Source: Patescibacteria group bacterium
GTDB taxonomy: Bacteria; Patescibacteriota; Patescibacteriia; Patescibacteriales; UBA12465
Length of the DNA stretch: 64,000 bases
Assembly (NCBI GenBank): GCA_041658665.1
Contig: JBAZZR010000003.1
Span: 4,125 to 68,124 of the forward strand
Direction: 5' to 3'
The notes below the pieces were generated by a model. It had not been told where the DNA came from. It did not search any database and saw nothing but the letters and a program-made list of their open reading frames with translations. Of this stretch, positions 7,808 through 16,740 are shown one piece after another; the stretch's first letter is position 1, and each line of letters begins with the position of its first letter. The position numbers were made by a program, and so were the translations under genes.

Positions 7808-8749
7808 ATGCAGGCCTATAAAAAAATCCAGGCTCTGGGCACCGAAGTAGAATTTTATTTACAATCTGATTTAAAAATTGACTTAGAGCCAGATTTTTTA
7901 GAACTCAGCCTCTTAATTGATAAATTTGATCAACTATTTAACCGTTTTTCGGCGAGTAGCGAACTAAGTCGATTAAATAAAGCTACAAATAATTTCCAGG
8001 CTAACCCCGAATTAACTAAAATTCTACTAGTAGCCAAAGACTTTTATAATTTAACGGGCGGAATCTTTGACCCTACTATTTTACGAACTTTAGAAGAGCA
8101 GGGATATGACCGAAGCTTTGATTCTTTAGATTTAGGTGGTTCTAACGAACTAATAGAACGCCGACCAAAAACGATTGATTTTAAACAAATAATAATTAAC
8201 GCCGAGAACAATTTTATTACCAAGCCCCCCGAGCTTAAAATAGATTTAGGGGGAATCGGTAAAGGGTATATCGTTGATAAACTCGTTAAACATCTAAAGG
8301 ACAAAGGATATAAAAATTTTTGGATTTCGGCTGGCGGAGACATGTATCTCAGTGGTTTAACGGCCGACGGACAAACTTATCAAATCGGCGTTCAAAACCC
8401 CTTAAAAATCGCTAGCGATTTATTTAATATCGCAATGACGGCTCAAGAGCTGGCGGTCGCCACTTCAGGAATCGCGAAAAGACAATGGTCGGATAAACAC
8501 GGCCACCGCTTTAATCATTTAATTGATCCGCGAACCAGATCTTCGGTAAATAATGGTCTGCTCGCCGCGACGGTTATTTCTGATCAAGTAGTGAAGGCGG
8601 ATATTTATGCTAAAACAATCTTAATTTTAGGAGAAAAAGAGGGAATTAGTTTCATTGACCAGCAAGAAAATAGCGAAGCTCTCATTATCGATCGGAATTT
8701 AAAAGTTAGTTTGTCAAAAAATATGAATAAATATTTAACAAAAATCTAA
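7808..8749 (+). CDS. apbE: FAD:protein FMN transferase (ApbE family)
   Basis: ApbE-like motifs FDPT, DLGGIGKGY, ISAGGD, VATSGI and HLIDPRT. About 310 aa, typical of the family. Confidence 0.8.
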   Translation: MQAYKKIQALGTEVEFYLQSDLKIDLEPDFLELSLLIDKFDQLFNRFSASSELSRLNKATNNFQANPELTKILLVAKDFYNLTGGIFDPTILRTLEEQGYDRSFDSLDLGGSNELIERRPKTIDFKQIIINAENNFITKPPELKIDLGGIGKGYIVDKLVKHLKDKGYKNFWISAGGDMYLSGLTADGQTYQIGVQNPLKIASDLFNIAMTAQELAVATSGIAKRQWSDKHGHRFNHLIDPRTRSSVNNGLLAATVISDQVVKADIYAKTILILGEKEGISFIDQQENSEALIIDRNLKVSLSKNMNKYLTKI

Positions 8750-9588
8750 TGTTTAAAACTAATAAATTATTGATCGTGACGATCACCTTAATTTTCTTCA
8801 GTAATTTTTTCTTACCGGCGACTCTACTAGCGGAAAATGTCATTTATGCTACCTCGGCTAAAGACAGTGATTACGACGGCTTAACTGATCAGGGTGAAAT
8901 TCAAATTTATAAAACAAATCCACAAAATCCCGATTCTGATAGTGACTCCTATTTAGACGGCGCCGAAATTTTAGCCGGCACTAATCCTTTAGATCCAAAC
9001 AGCCCCCAAATAGTCTCCACCACCGATCTTAATTTAAGTAAGACTAGCGTTCCGGCGACTAGTCTTTGGCCTTGGTTCGTGGCGCGTGCTTCTGGTATAG
9101 TTAGCTACCTTCTCCTTTTTTTACTAATAGTTTCTGGTAGCGGCATAAAAACTTCATCATTATTTCGTTTAGTGAGTCCAACGACGGCTTGGTTAAATCA
9201 CCGCTATTTAGGAATCGCTTTGACATTTTCGACGTTGATTCATTTGGGCTCACTTTTGACTGATAATTTTTTAAAATTTACTGTTATTGATATCCTAGTC
9301 CCCTTCATTTCTAGTTTTAAACCTTTATATTTATCGCTAGGCATCATCGGTTTTTATCTGTTTTTAGCCATAATTATTTTCTCGATCTTTTATATGAATA
9401 AACTCCCTAAAATCTGGCGCGTGCTTCATTATTTAACCTATCCCGCCTTTATTATCCTCTTCATTCATGGCTATTTTATCGGTACCGACACAACGACAAA
9501 TTTAATGCAGTTAATCTATCTGACCACGGGGATTATAGTCGCCTTACAATTTTCTTATCGTCTATATTTTTCCTATAAACAACACTAA
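8749..9588 (+). CDS. Ferric-reductase-like (NOX/MsrQ superfamily) di-heme transmembrane domain protein with N-terminal extracellular thrombospondin-type-3-like Ca-binding repeats
   Basis: The ATG shares one nt with the apbE stop (taATG). Signal/anchor, then DSDYDGLTDQGE and NPDSDSDSYLDGAEILAGTNPLDPNS. TM helices carry His pairs spaced 14 residues (His codons at 9199 and 9241) and 13 residues (9427 and 9466). Confidence 0.7.
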   Translation: MFKTNKLLIVTITLIFFSNFFLPATLLAENVIYATSAKDSDYDGLTDQGEIQIYKTNPQNPDSDSDSYLDGAEILAGTNPLDPNSPQIVSTTDLNLSKTSVPATSLWPWFVARASGIVSYLLLFLLIVSGSGIKTSSLFRLVSPTTAWLNHRYLGIALTFSTLIHLGSLLTDNFLKFTVIDILVPFISSFKPLYLSLGIIGFYLFLAIIIFSIFYMNKLPKIWRVLHYLTYPAFIILFIHGYFIGTDTTTNLMQLIYLTTGIIVALQFSYRLYFSYKQH

Positions 9589-9614
9589 TCAAAGAATAAA
9601 AACGGCCGCTTAAT

Positions 9615-10832
9615 ATGAATAAAAAACTGATAATATTATTAACCGTTTTTATCGATGTGTTAGGAATCGGAATAATTATTCCTGTTTTACCTTTTTATGT
9701 TGAGTCTTTTGGGGCTTCGGCCTTTACAGTAACTTTATTATTTACCGTTTTTTCTTTTTTTGCTTTTTTCAGCGCTCCTTTTTTAGGAGCCTTGTCCGAC
9801 AAAATTGGTCGCCGCCCTGTTCTTATTATTAGTATTTTCAGCACCGCCTTAGGTTGGTTAATTTTTGCCGCCGCTCCCTCCATTATATGGCTCTTTATTG
9901 GGCGTATTGTTGACGGCGCCGCCGCCGGTAATTTTCCGATTGCCCAGAGCTATTTAATCGATATTGCTAAAGATGAAAAAGAAAAAACTAGTAATCTCGG
10001 ACTAATTGGCGCGATTTTCGGTGTCGGTCTTATTATTGGGCCGGCTCTGGGCGGTTTCTTAAGCTCCCTATTTTTAAGCCTACCATTTTGGATAGTCGGC
10101 GGACTCTCCCTTTTTAACGGCCTATTAGCTATTCTCAATTTACCCGAGACTAAAATTAATAAAAACAAAAATCAAACCCTAGAATTTAACCCATTCAAAC
10201 CTCTAATCAAGGCCTTAAACAATAAAGAATTACGCTCCGACTTTATCGCCTGGTTTTTAATGGGGTTCGCTTTGGCTAGCCAACAATCAGTTTTTTCTTT
10301 ATATTTGAGTGACAAATTCTTTTTAAGTTCTGTTATCGTCGGCCTCTTTATGACCGGTAGCGGCATTATCCTGATTTTCAATCAGGCTTTTGCTCTGAAG
10401 CAAATTTGGTTAAAATATTTTTCTGAAAAGGCCCTGGCGGTGGGTTTAATGCCAGTGATTGCTTTAGGATTTTTTCTAATGGGCTTACCATATATCCAAA
10501 TTTTTATTTTAGGTGTTCTATTTATTAGTTTAGCTCAATCTATTTTACGAGCAGTTATGACAAGTAGAGTAGCCGCCAAGGCGGGGGAGGGAAATCATGG
10601 AGCAATACTGGGCGTCATGAATTCGGTAATGTCGCTAGCTATGATTATCGGCCCCATCGCCGCTGGCTGGCTTTACGGCTGGGAAGAAAATTATCCCTTT
10701 TGGTTAAGCGCGCTGGCTAGCTTTATGGCTTTTTTAATATTAATTCGTAGCTATCGTCATCAGACGGAGAAAAACTTTGATTTAACTGATGAAGAACTAA
10801 TATTAGGAGAACAAAAAATTGAATTATCCTAA
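9615..10832 (+). CDS. MFS transporter (drug:H+ antiporter / TetA-like)
   Basis: About 12 hydrophobic helices and MFS motif A (GALSDKIGRRPVL) between TM2 and TM3. Confidence 0.8.
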   Translation: MNKKLIILLTVFIDVLGIGIIIPVLPFYVESFGASAFTVTLLFTVFSFFAFFSAPFLGALSDKIGRRPVLIISIFSTALGWLIFAAAPSIIWLFIGRIVDGAAAGNFPIAQSYLIDIAKDEKEKTSNLGLIGAIFGVGLIIGPALGGFLSSLFLSLPFWIVGGLSLFNGLLAILNLPETKINKNKNQTLEFNPFKPLIKALNNKELRSDFIAWFLMGFALASQQSVFSLYLSDKFFLSSVIVGLFMTGSGIILIFNQAFALKQIWLKYFSEKALAVGLMPVIALGFFLMGLPYIQIFILGVLFISLAQSILRAVMTSRVAAKAGEGNHGAILGVMNSVMSLAMIIGPIAAGWLYGWEENYPFWLSALASFMAFLILIRSYRHQTEKNFDLTDEELILGEQKIELS

Positions 10833-10855
10833 TATCTTGGTTATAATATCTGACT

Positions 10856-12691
10856 ATGGCTAAATTATTCAAATTACATTCCGAATTCCAACCGGCTGGT
10901 GATCAACCGACCGCGATTAAAAAGCTGCAAGCTGGCTTAAATAAAGGTCTAGCTTATCAGACTCTTTTAGGCGTCACCGGGAGCGGTAAGACTTTTACGG
11001 CCGCTAATTTGATTGCGGCAGGGAATAAACCGGTTCTAGTCATGGCGCCTAACAAAGCTTTAGCCGCTCAGCTTTATCGTGAATACAAAAATTTTTTCCC
11101 CGAGAACGCTGTTCATTATTTTGTTTCCTATTACGACTACTATCAACCGGAAGCTTATTTACCAATTACCGATACTTATATTGATAAGGAAGCGATGATC
11201 AATCAGGAAATCGATCGTTTACGTCATGGGGCGACTTCCGCTCTTGTTTCTCGGCGCGACGTGATTATTGTCGCTTCCGTTTCTTGTATTTACAATCTCG
11301 GCGTCCCCGCCACTTATTTAGAGGCTAAATTAGTTTTAGTGAAAGGGAAACCAATGGTGCGAGCGGATTTAATTAAGCAATTAATTAAAATACAATTTGC
11401 TAGAACGAGCGGAGAAATAAGTCGGGGTCAATTTCGAGTCCGCGGCGATGTTTTCGAAATCAGACCGATGTCGGAGAATATTATTTATCGCTTAGAATTG
11501 AATGGTCAAAATATTAGCGATTTATCAGTGCTTGATAATACGACTAAGAATATAATGGATAATTTAGAAGAAATAGTAATTTTCCCGCCCAAACATTTTG
11601 TTTCTACTAAGCCACAAATAGAGGCGGCCATTAAAAATATCCAAGGAGAGCTAAAGGATCGTTTAGCTTATTTTAAGAAAGAAGGATTATTATTAGAGGC
11701 GGAAAGGCTAGAAAGACGAACTCGGTATGATATGGAAATGCTCCGGAGCTTGGGTTACTGCCATGGCATCGAGAATTATTCCCGCCATTTAACTGGTAAA
11801 TTGGCCGGCGAAGCGCCTGATTCTTTATTAGCTTATTTCCCCTGGAAAGACGGCAAACCGGATTTTTTAACGATTATCGACGAATCGCATATCGCCGTAC
11901 CGCAAGTCAGAGGTATGTATAATGGTGACCAGGCGCGTAAGAAAATTTTAGCGCAGTATGGTTGGCGTCTGCCTTCGGCGCTTGATAATCGCCCCTTAAA
12001 GTTTAATGAATTTGAAGAAAGAATAGGCCAAGTAATATTTACTACGGCTACTCCTGGTGATTTTGAATTAAAGCATTCTAAAAATATTGCCGAACAGGTT
12101 ATTCGCCCGACCGGCTTAGTCGATCCAGAAGTAGAGGTTCGGCCGGTATTTAATAAAAAAGAAAATTATAGCCAAATTAACGATGTCATGAAGGAAATAT
12201 CTAAAATCGCCGCTCTAGGCGAACGAGCGATTATTAATACTTTAACCAAAAAGCAGGCCGAAGATTTAAATACTTATTTAAATAGCCAAGGTTTTAAGTC
12301 TAATTATCTCCATTCTGATATTAAGACTTTTGAACGGACTGATATTTTAAGACATTTTCGCGAAGGGAAGTTTGACGTTCTCATCGGCGTCAATCTTTTG
12401 CGCGAAGGGTTGGATCTGCCCGAAGTCACCTTAGTCGCAATATTAGACGCTGACCGGGAAGGTTTTTTGCGCAGTGAAACTTCGCTCATGCAGACGATGG
12501 GCCGAGCGGCGCGAAACGTGAAGGGAAAAATTATTTTGTACGCTGATAAAATTACCGGCTCAATGCGCCGCGCCATGAAAGAGGCGGATCGGCGACGCAA
12601 GAAACAATTAAGCTATAATAAGAAGTATAATATAACGCCGACTAATATTACTAAAAAAATAGAAGAATTTTTAGATGCAGCGGAGAAATAA
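10856..12691 (+). CDS. uvrB: Excinuclease ABC subunit B, lacking the C-terminal UVR domain
   Basis: GVTGSGKT Walker A, YYDYYQPEAY beta-hairpin region, DESH and helicase motifs through MQTMGRAARN. Ends shortly after NITPTNITKK with no coiled UVR segment. Confidence 0.9.
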   Translation: MAKLFKLHSEFQPAGDQPTAIKKLQAGLNKGLAYQTLLGVTGSGKTFTAANLIAAGNKPVLVMAPNKALAAQLYREYKNFFPENAVHYFVSYYDYYQPEAYLPITDTYIDKEAMINQEIDRLRHGATSALVSRRDVIIVASVSCIYNLGVPATYLEAKLVLVKGKPMVRADLIKQLIKIQFARTSGEISRGQFRVRGDVFEIRPMSENIIYRLELNGQNISDLSVLDNTTKNIMDNLEEIVIFPPKHFVSTKPQIEAAIKNIQGELKDRLAYFKKEGLLLEAERLERRTRYDMEMLRSLGYCHGIENYSRHLTGKLAGEAPDSLLAYFPWKDGKPDFLTIIDESHIAVPQVRGMYNGDQARKKILAQYGWRLPSALDNRPLKFNEFEERIGQVIFTTATPGDFELKHSKNIAEQVIRPTGLVDPEVEVRPVFNKKENYSQINDVMKEISKIAALGERAIINTLTKKQAEDLNTYLNSQGFKSNYLHSDIKTFERTDILRHFREGKFDVLIGVNLLREGLDLPEVTLVAILDADREGFLRSETSLMQTMGRAARNVKGKIILYADKITGSMRRAMKEADRRRKKQLSYNKKYNITPTNITKKIEEFLDAAEK

Positions 12692-12694
12692 TTT

Positions 12695-13279
12695 TTGTTT
12701 AATTATATGATTGAGTACGAAGCTACTTTCACTAATATTAATAAGGATGAAATAAGAAATCGTCTTAAACAAGTCGGTGCGACCCTGGTCAAACCAGAAT
12801 TTTTACAGAAGCGTTTAAACTTTACTTTGCCGGCTGGCCATGAAATTAAGGGCGGTTGGCTTAGGGTTAGAGATGAGGGCGATAAGATAAGCCTTAGTTT
12901 AAAAATAATTGATGGCGATAAAATAGAAGATCAAAGAGAAACTTGTTTATATATTAATAGTTTTGCCGAAGGCGTCGCTTTATTAAAATCTTTAGGCTGT
13001 CAGGAAAAAGCCTATCAGGAAAGTCGTCGAGAAATTTGGAGCCTTGATAAAGTTGAAATTACTATTGATGAATGGCCATATTTAGAGCCTTATGTAGAAA
13101 TTGAAGGGAATTCTGAAGAGGAAGTAAAAAAAGTTAGTGCTAAATTAGGCTTTGATTATGGACAGGCAGTATTTGGCTCCGTGGATATACAGTATAATAA
13201 AAAATATGGTTTAGATCGTGATAATATTAATACTATTGGTAAAGTTACTTTTGCTGGCCCCAATCCTTTTATTAAATAG
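12695..13279 (+). CDS. CYTH-domain protein (class IV adenylate cyclase / triphosphatase fold)
   Basis: N-terminal IEYEATF (variant of EXEXK) and a beta-rich domain with WLRVRDEGDK, SLKI and VEIEG patterns typical of CYTH. The track start is TTG at 12695; the alternative ATG is at 12707. Confidence 0.6.
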   Translation: MFNYMIEYEATFTNINKDEIRNRLKQVGATLVKPEFLQKRLNFTLPAGHEIKGGWLRVRDEGDKISLSLKIIDGDKIEDQRETCLYINSFAEGVALLKSLGCQEKAYQESRREIWSLDKVEITIDEWPYLEPYVEIEGNSEEEVKKVSAKLGFDYGQAVFGSVDIQYNKKYGLDRDNINTIGKVTFAGPNPFIK

Positions 13280-13299
13280 GTTAGTCTTGAAATAAAATC

Positions 13300-15807
13300 A
13301 TGTCCGAAAAAATGATCATCCGCGGAGCGCGGACGCACAATCTAAAAAATATAAATTTAGAAATACCGCATAATAAATTGACGGTTATTACCGGCGTATC
13401 AGGAAGCGGTAAATCGTCACTGGCTTTTGATACAATTTTCGCGGAAGGACAGAGACAGTATGTCGAATCGCTCTCGCCCTATATGCGCCAATTCTTGGGA
13501 CAGAAAAAACCGGCCGACGTCGATGAGATAATCGGTTTAGCTCCTTCTATTTCTATTGATCAAAAAGCTTTATCGCATAATCCTCGTTCCACGGTTGGGA
13601 CTTTAACCGATATCTACGATTATTTGCGCGTCCTTTACGCTCGGGTCGGCGAAGTCTATTGCCCGATCTGTAACACGAAGATCGAAAAACTGACGGTCGA
13701 AGAGATGGTTGATATTATTATTAATCGCGGCCATGACCTAAAACAAGAATATGTCGAGATTCTATCGCCCGTCGTCCGTGATCGTAAAGGCGAATACTAT
13801 CAACTCTTATATAACTATTTAGGGCTTGGCTATAGCGAAGCTAGAGTAGACGGTCAGCTTCATTCCCTTAGAGATCAAATAAAATTATCACCGAAACAAA
13901 AGCATGATATCGACATCGTAATCGATAAAATATTATTAAGCGATCAAACCCGTTTATTTGAAGCCGTAGAGAATTCTTTAGAATATAGTAAAGGATTAGT
14001 GGTCGCTAAATACAAGACTCAAGAATTTCTCTTATCGTCTAATTGGACTTGCCCGAACGACAATTTTGCTTTTCCTGAGGTCGAGCCGCGCCTCTTTTCT
14101 TTCAATTCGCCCCATGGTGCTTGCCCGGATTGCACTGGCTTAGGCCGAGTAGATTTTTTCAAAGATGAGAAATGTCCTAAATGTTTAGGCGAGCGTTTAC
14201 GGCCCGAAGCCTTGTCCGTCCGGATTAACCATAAAAATATTGCTGAGGTGTCAAAGTTGCCGATTAATCGAGCTCTGGATTTCTTTAATAAATATTATGA
14301 AAAGATGACTAAGCGCCAATTAGCGATCGCCGAAAACGTCGTGGTCCAAATTATCAGCCGTTTAGAATTCTTATTAAAAGTCGGTCTAAATTATATCTCT
14401 TTGGAAAGGGAAGCCCATACTTTATCGGGCGGCGAAGCGCAACGCATCCGCCTGTCATCACAAATTGGCTCCCATTTATCTAGAACTTTATATGTTTTAG
14501 ACGAACCGACTATTGGGCTGCACGAACGTGATACGGAGCGTTTAATTAATACTTTAAAAAAATTACGAGATAAAGGAAATACGGTTATTATTGTTGAACA
14601 TGATGAAAGGACAATATTAGAGTCGGATTATTTGGTTGATTTAGGACCACTAGCTGGCGTACATGGTGGTGAAATTGTGGCGATTGGAGAAACTAAGAAT
14701 TTATTGAATGATAAAAAAAGTAAAATCACTTTTAAAGAATCTCTGACTCTCCAATATCTCAATGGCGAGCGATCTATTGACTTGCCGGAGAAAAGACGAG
14801 AACAAAATCATGGCAGTTTAAAAATACGAGGGGCTTACGCTAATAATTTAAAAAATATAAATTTAGATATTCCTCTGGGTCGTCTAATTGGTATTAGTGG
14901 AGTTTCCGGTAGTGGTAAATCGTCGCTCTTATATGACGTAATATATAAAAATATTACACATATTAAAAACCGTCCGGGTAAAGCGAAGTTAGAAAATGTT
15001 AAGGAAATAAAAGGCGCTGAATATATTAATAAAGTCATTGTGATTGATCAGTCGCCTATCGGTCGAACGCCTCGCTCTAATCCCGCTACTTATACTGGCA
15101 TATTTACCCCGATTCGCGATTTTTTTGCCTCTCTGCCTGAGGCTCGGGAAAGAGGCTATTCTATCTCTCGTTTCTCCTTTAATCGCCCAGGCGGGCGTTG
15201 TGAGGCCTGTGAGGGGGCGGGAGCTAACTTAATTGAAATGCACTTCTTGCCGCCAGTTCTGGTCGAATGCGAGGTTTGTCGCGGCCGGCGTTTCAATCGC
15301 GAAACTCTACAAGTTAAATATAAGGGGAGGAATATTGCCGAAGTATTAGATATGACTATTGATGAAGCAATTATTTATTTTGACGGTAATTATTTAATTA
15401 CCGATAAACTTAAGGTTTTAGCTTCAGTCGGCCTGGGCTATATAAAAATAGGTCAAAGTGCCACGACTTTATCGGGCGGAGAAGCGCAGCGGGTAAAAAT
15501 TGCTAAAGAATTAACGCATACTCTAGGTAAAAGGACTTTATATCTTTTAGACGAACCAACCACTGGTTTGCATTATCATGATATAGATATGTTGCTGGGA
15601 GTCTTAAATAAACTAGTTGAAAAAGGAAATTCCGTTTTAGTTATTGAGCATAATATGCATATGCTCAAAGCCATGGACTATATTGTCGATCTTGGACCCG
15701 ATGGCGGCGAAGAAGGCGGGCGCCTAGTCGCCAGCGGCCAACCGGAAGATATTGTTCGGGAAACAAAGAGCGTGACGGGAAAATACTTAAAAGAATATTT
15801 AAAATAA
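13300..15807 (+). CDS. uvrA: Excinuclease ABC subunit A (short form, about 835 aa)
   Basis: Two ABC ATPase modules (GVSGSGKSS twice, LSGGEAQR twice, LDEPT twice) and zinc modules (CPICN, CPDC...CPKC, CEAC...CEVC). Confidence 0.92.
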   Translation: MSEKMIIRGARTHNLKNINLEIPHNKLTVITGVSGSGKSSLAFDTIFAEGQRQYVESLSPYMRQFLGQKKPADVDEIIGLAPSISIDQKALSHNPRSTVGTLTDIYDYLRVLYARVGEVYCPICNTKIEKLTVEEMVDIIINRGHDLKQEYVEILSPVVRDRKGEYYQLLYNYLGLGYSEARVDGQLHSLRDQIKLSPKQKHDIDIVIDKILLSDQTRLFEAVENSLEYSKGLVVAKYKTQEFLLSSNWTCPNDNFAFPEVEPRLFSFNSPHGACPDCTGLGRVDFFKDEKCPKCLGERLRPEALSVRINHKNIAEVSKLPINRALDFFNKYYEKMTKRQLAIAENVVVQIISRLEFLLKVGLNYISLEREAHTLSGGEAQRIRLSSQIGSHLSRTLYVLDEPTIGLHERDTERLINTLKKLRDKGNTVIIVEHDERTILESDYLVDLGPLAGVHGGEIVAIGETKNLLNDKKSKITFKESLTLQYLNGERSIDLPEKRREQNHGSLKIRGAYANNLKNINLDIPLGRLIGISGVSGSGKSSLLYDVIYKNITHIKNRPGKAKLENVKEIKGAEYINKVIVIDQSPIGRTPRSNPATYTGIFTPIRDFFASLPEARERGYSISRFSFNRPGGRCEACEGAGANLIEMHFLPPVLVECEVCRGRRFNRETLQVKYKGRNIAEVLDMTIDEAIIYFDGNYLITDKLKVLASVGLGYIKIGQSATTLSGGEAQRVKIAKELTHTLGKRTLYLLDEPTTGLHYHDIDMLLGVLNKLVEKGNSVLVIEHNMHMLKAMDYIVDLGPDGGEEGGRLVASGQPEDIVRETKSVTGKYLKEYLK

Positions 15808-15810
15808 TTT

Positions 15811-16704
15811 ATGAGCCTATCTATCATCTTAGCTTTCGGAGCGATGTTCGGTTGGGGGATAGCCGACTTTTTGATCCAAAGGACTATCCAGAAGGTCGGT
15901 TGGTTAGAGGCGATCTGGTGGATAAACATCGGCAGTTTTATTTTTCTATTGCCGTTTGTTTGGAAATCATTCTTTACTCTGAACGGTCCAAGCATCATCT
16001 TTTTAATTATTTTAGGAATCATCTCTATCGCCAGCGCGACCGCTCATTTTAAAGCTTTAGAAGCAGGCAAACTATCGGTCGTGGAGATCATCCTGTTTTT
16101 TGAACTTCCTTTGACGATACTATTAGGCATGGCTTTCCTGCATAATAGCTTGTCGTTGTATCAGGTGCTCCTCATCTTATGTCTATTCGTCGGCGTGGTT
16201 CTCATATCCTTAGACCTTAATAAAATCCAACGTCATCAATTTTGGTTTTTTTGGCAGCGAACTAAGATTTTTTTAGAAAGAGGAGTTTGGCTGGCAGTCA
16301 TTACCGCCGTCCTTTTAGCTTTAACTAATTTCTTTGTTGCTATTGGAGCTGTTAATATCGATCCTTTGTTGGCTATCTGGTTTCCTTGGACTCTCGGCGC
16401 TTTAGTTTGTCTGACCTATTTTATTTATAAAGGCAGATTGGGGAAAGTTTTACATGATGGCCGGCAGTATTGGCCGTTAATCCTAGCCATGGCTGTTATC
16501 GATATTATGGGTTGGCTATTCTTTTCCTTTTCTATATCTAAAGAAGGTGAGTTAGCCATTATTGCGGCCGTTTCCGAAGGTTATATCGTTATTGCGATGT
16601 TGCTCGGATTAAAATTCAATAAAGAAAAAATTCGCGGTTGGCAATATGTCGGAGCGGCTATCACTATTATTTGCAGCTTATTGATAGGCTTAAGCAATCA
16701 TTAA
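15811..16704 (+). CDS. EamA/DMT-family transporter
   Basis: Ten hydrophobic helices arranged as two 5-TM halves, about 297 aa, typical of drug/metabolite transporter family proteins. Confidence 0.65.
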   Translation: MSLSIILAFGAMFGWGIADFLIQRTIQKVGWLEAIWWINIGSFIFLLPFVWKSFFTLNGPSIIFLIILGIISIASATAHFKALEAGKLSVVEIILFFELPLTILLGMAFLHNSLSLYQVLLILCLFVGVVLISLDLNKIQRHQFWFFWQRTKIFLERGVWLAVITAVLLALTNFFVAIGAVNIDPLLAIWFPWTLGALVCLTYFIYKGRLGKVLHDGRQYWPLILAMAVIDIMGWLFFSFSISKEGELAIIAAVSEGYIVIAMLLGLKFNKEKIRGWQYVGAAITIICSLLIGLSNH

Positions 16705-16740
16705 ATATGAAATTATCTTTCGATTCTCAAGTGTACAGAT

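Noticed and set aside
15044-16052. Small + strand ORFs 15044-15232 and 15852-16052, and minus-strand ORF 15678-16022, around the uvrA/EamA junction
   Set aside because: They are out-of-frame overlaps of strongly supported genes (uvrA, the EamA transporter) and have no independent signals.
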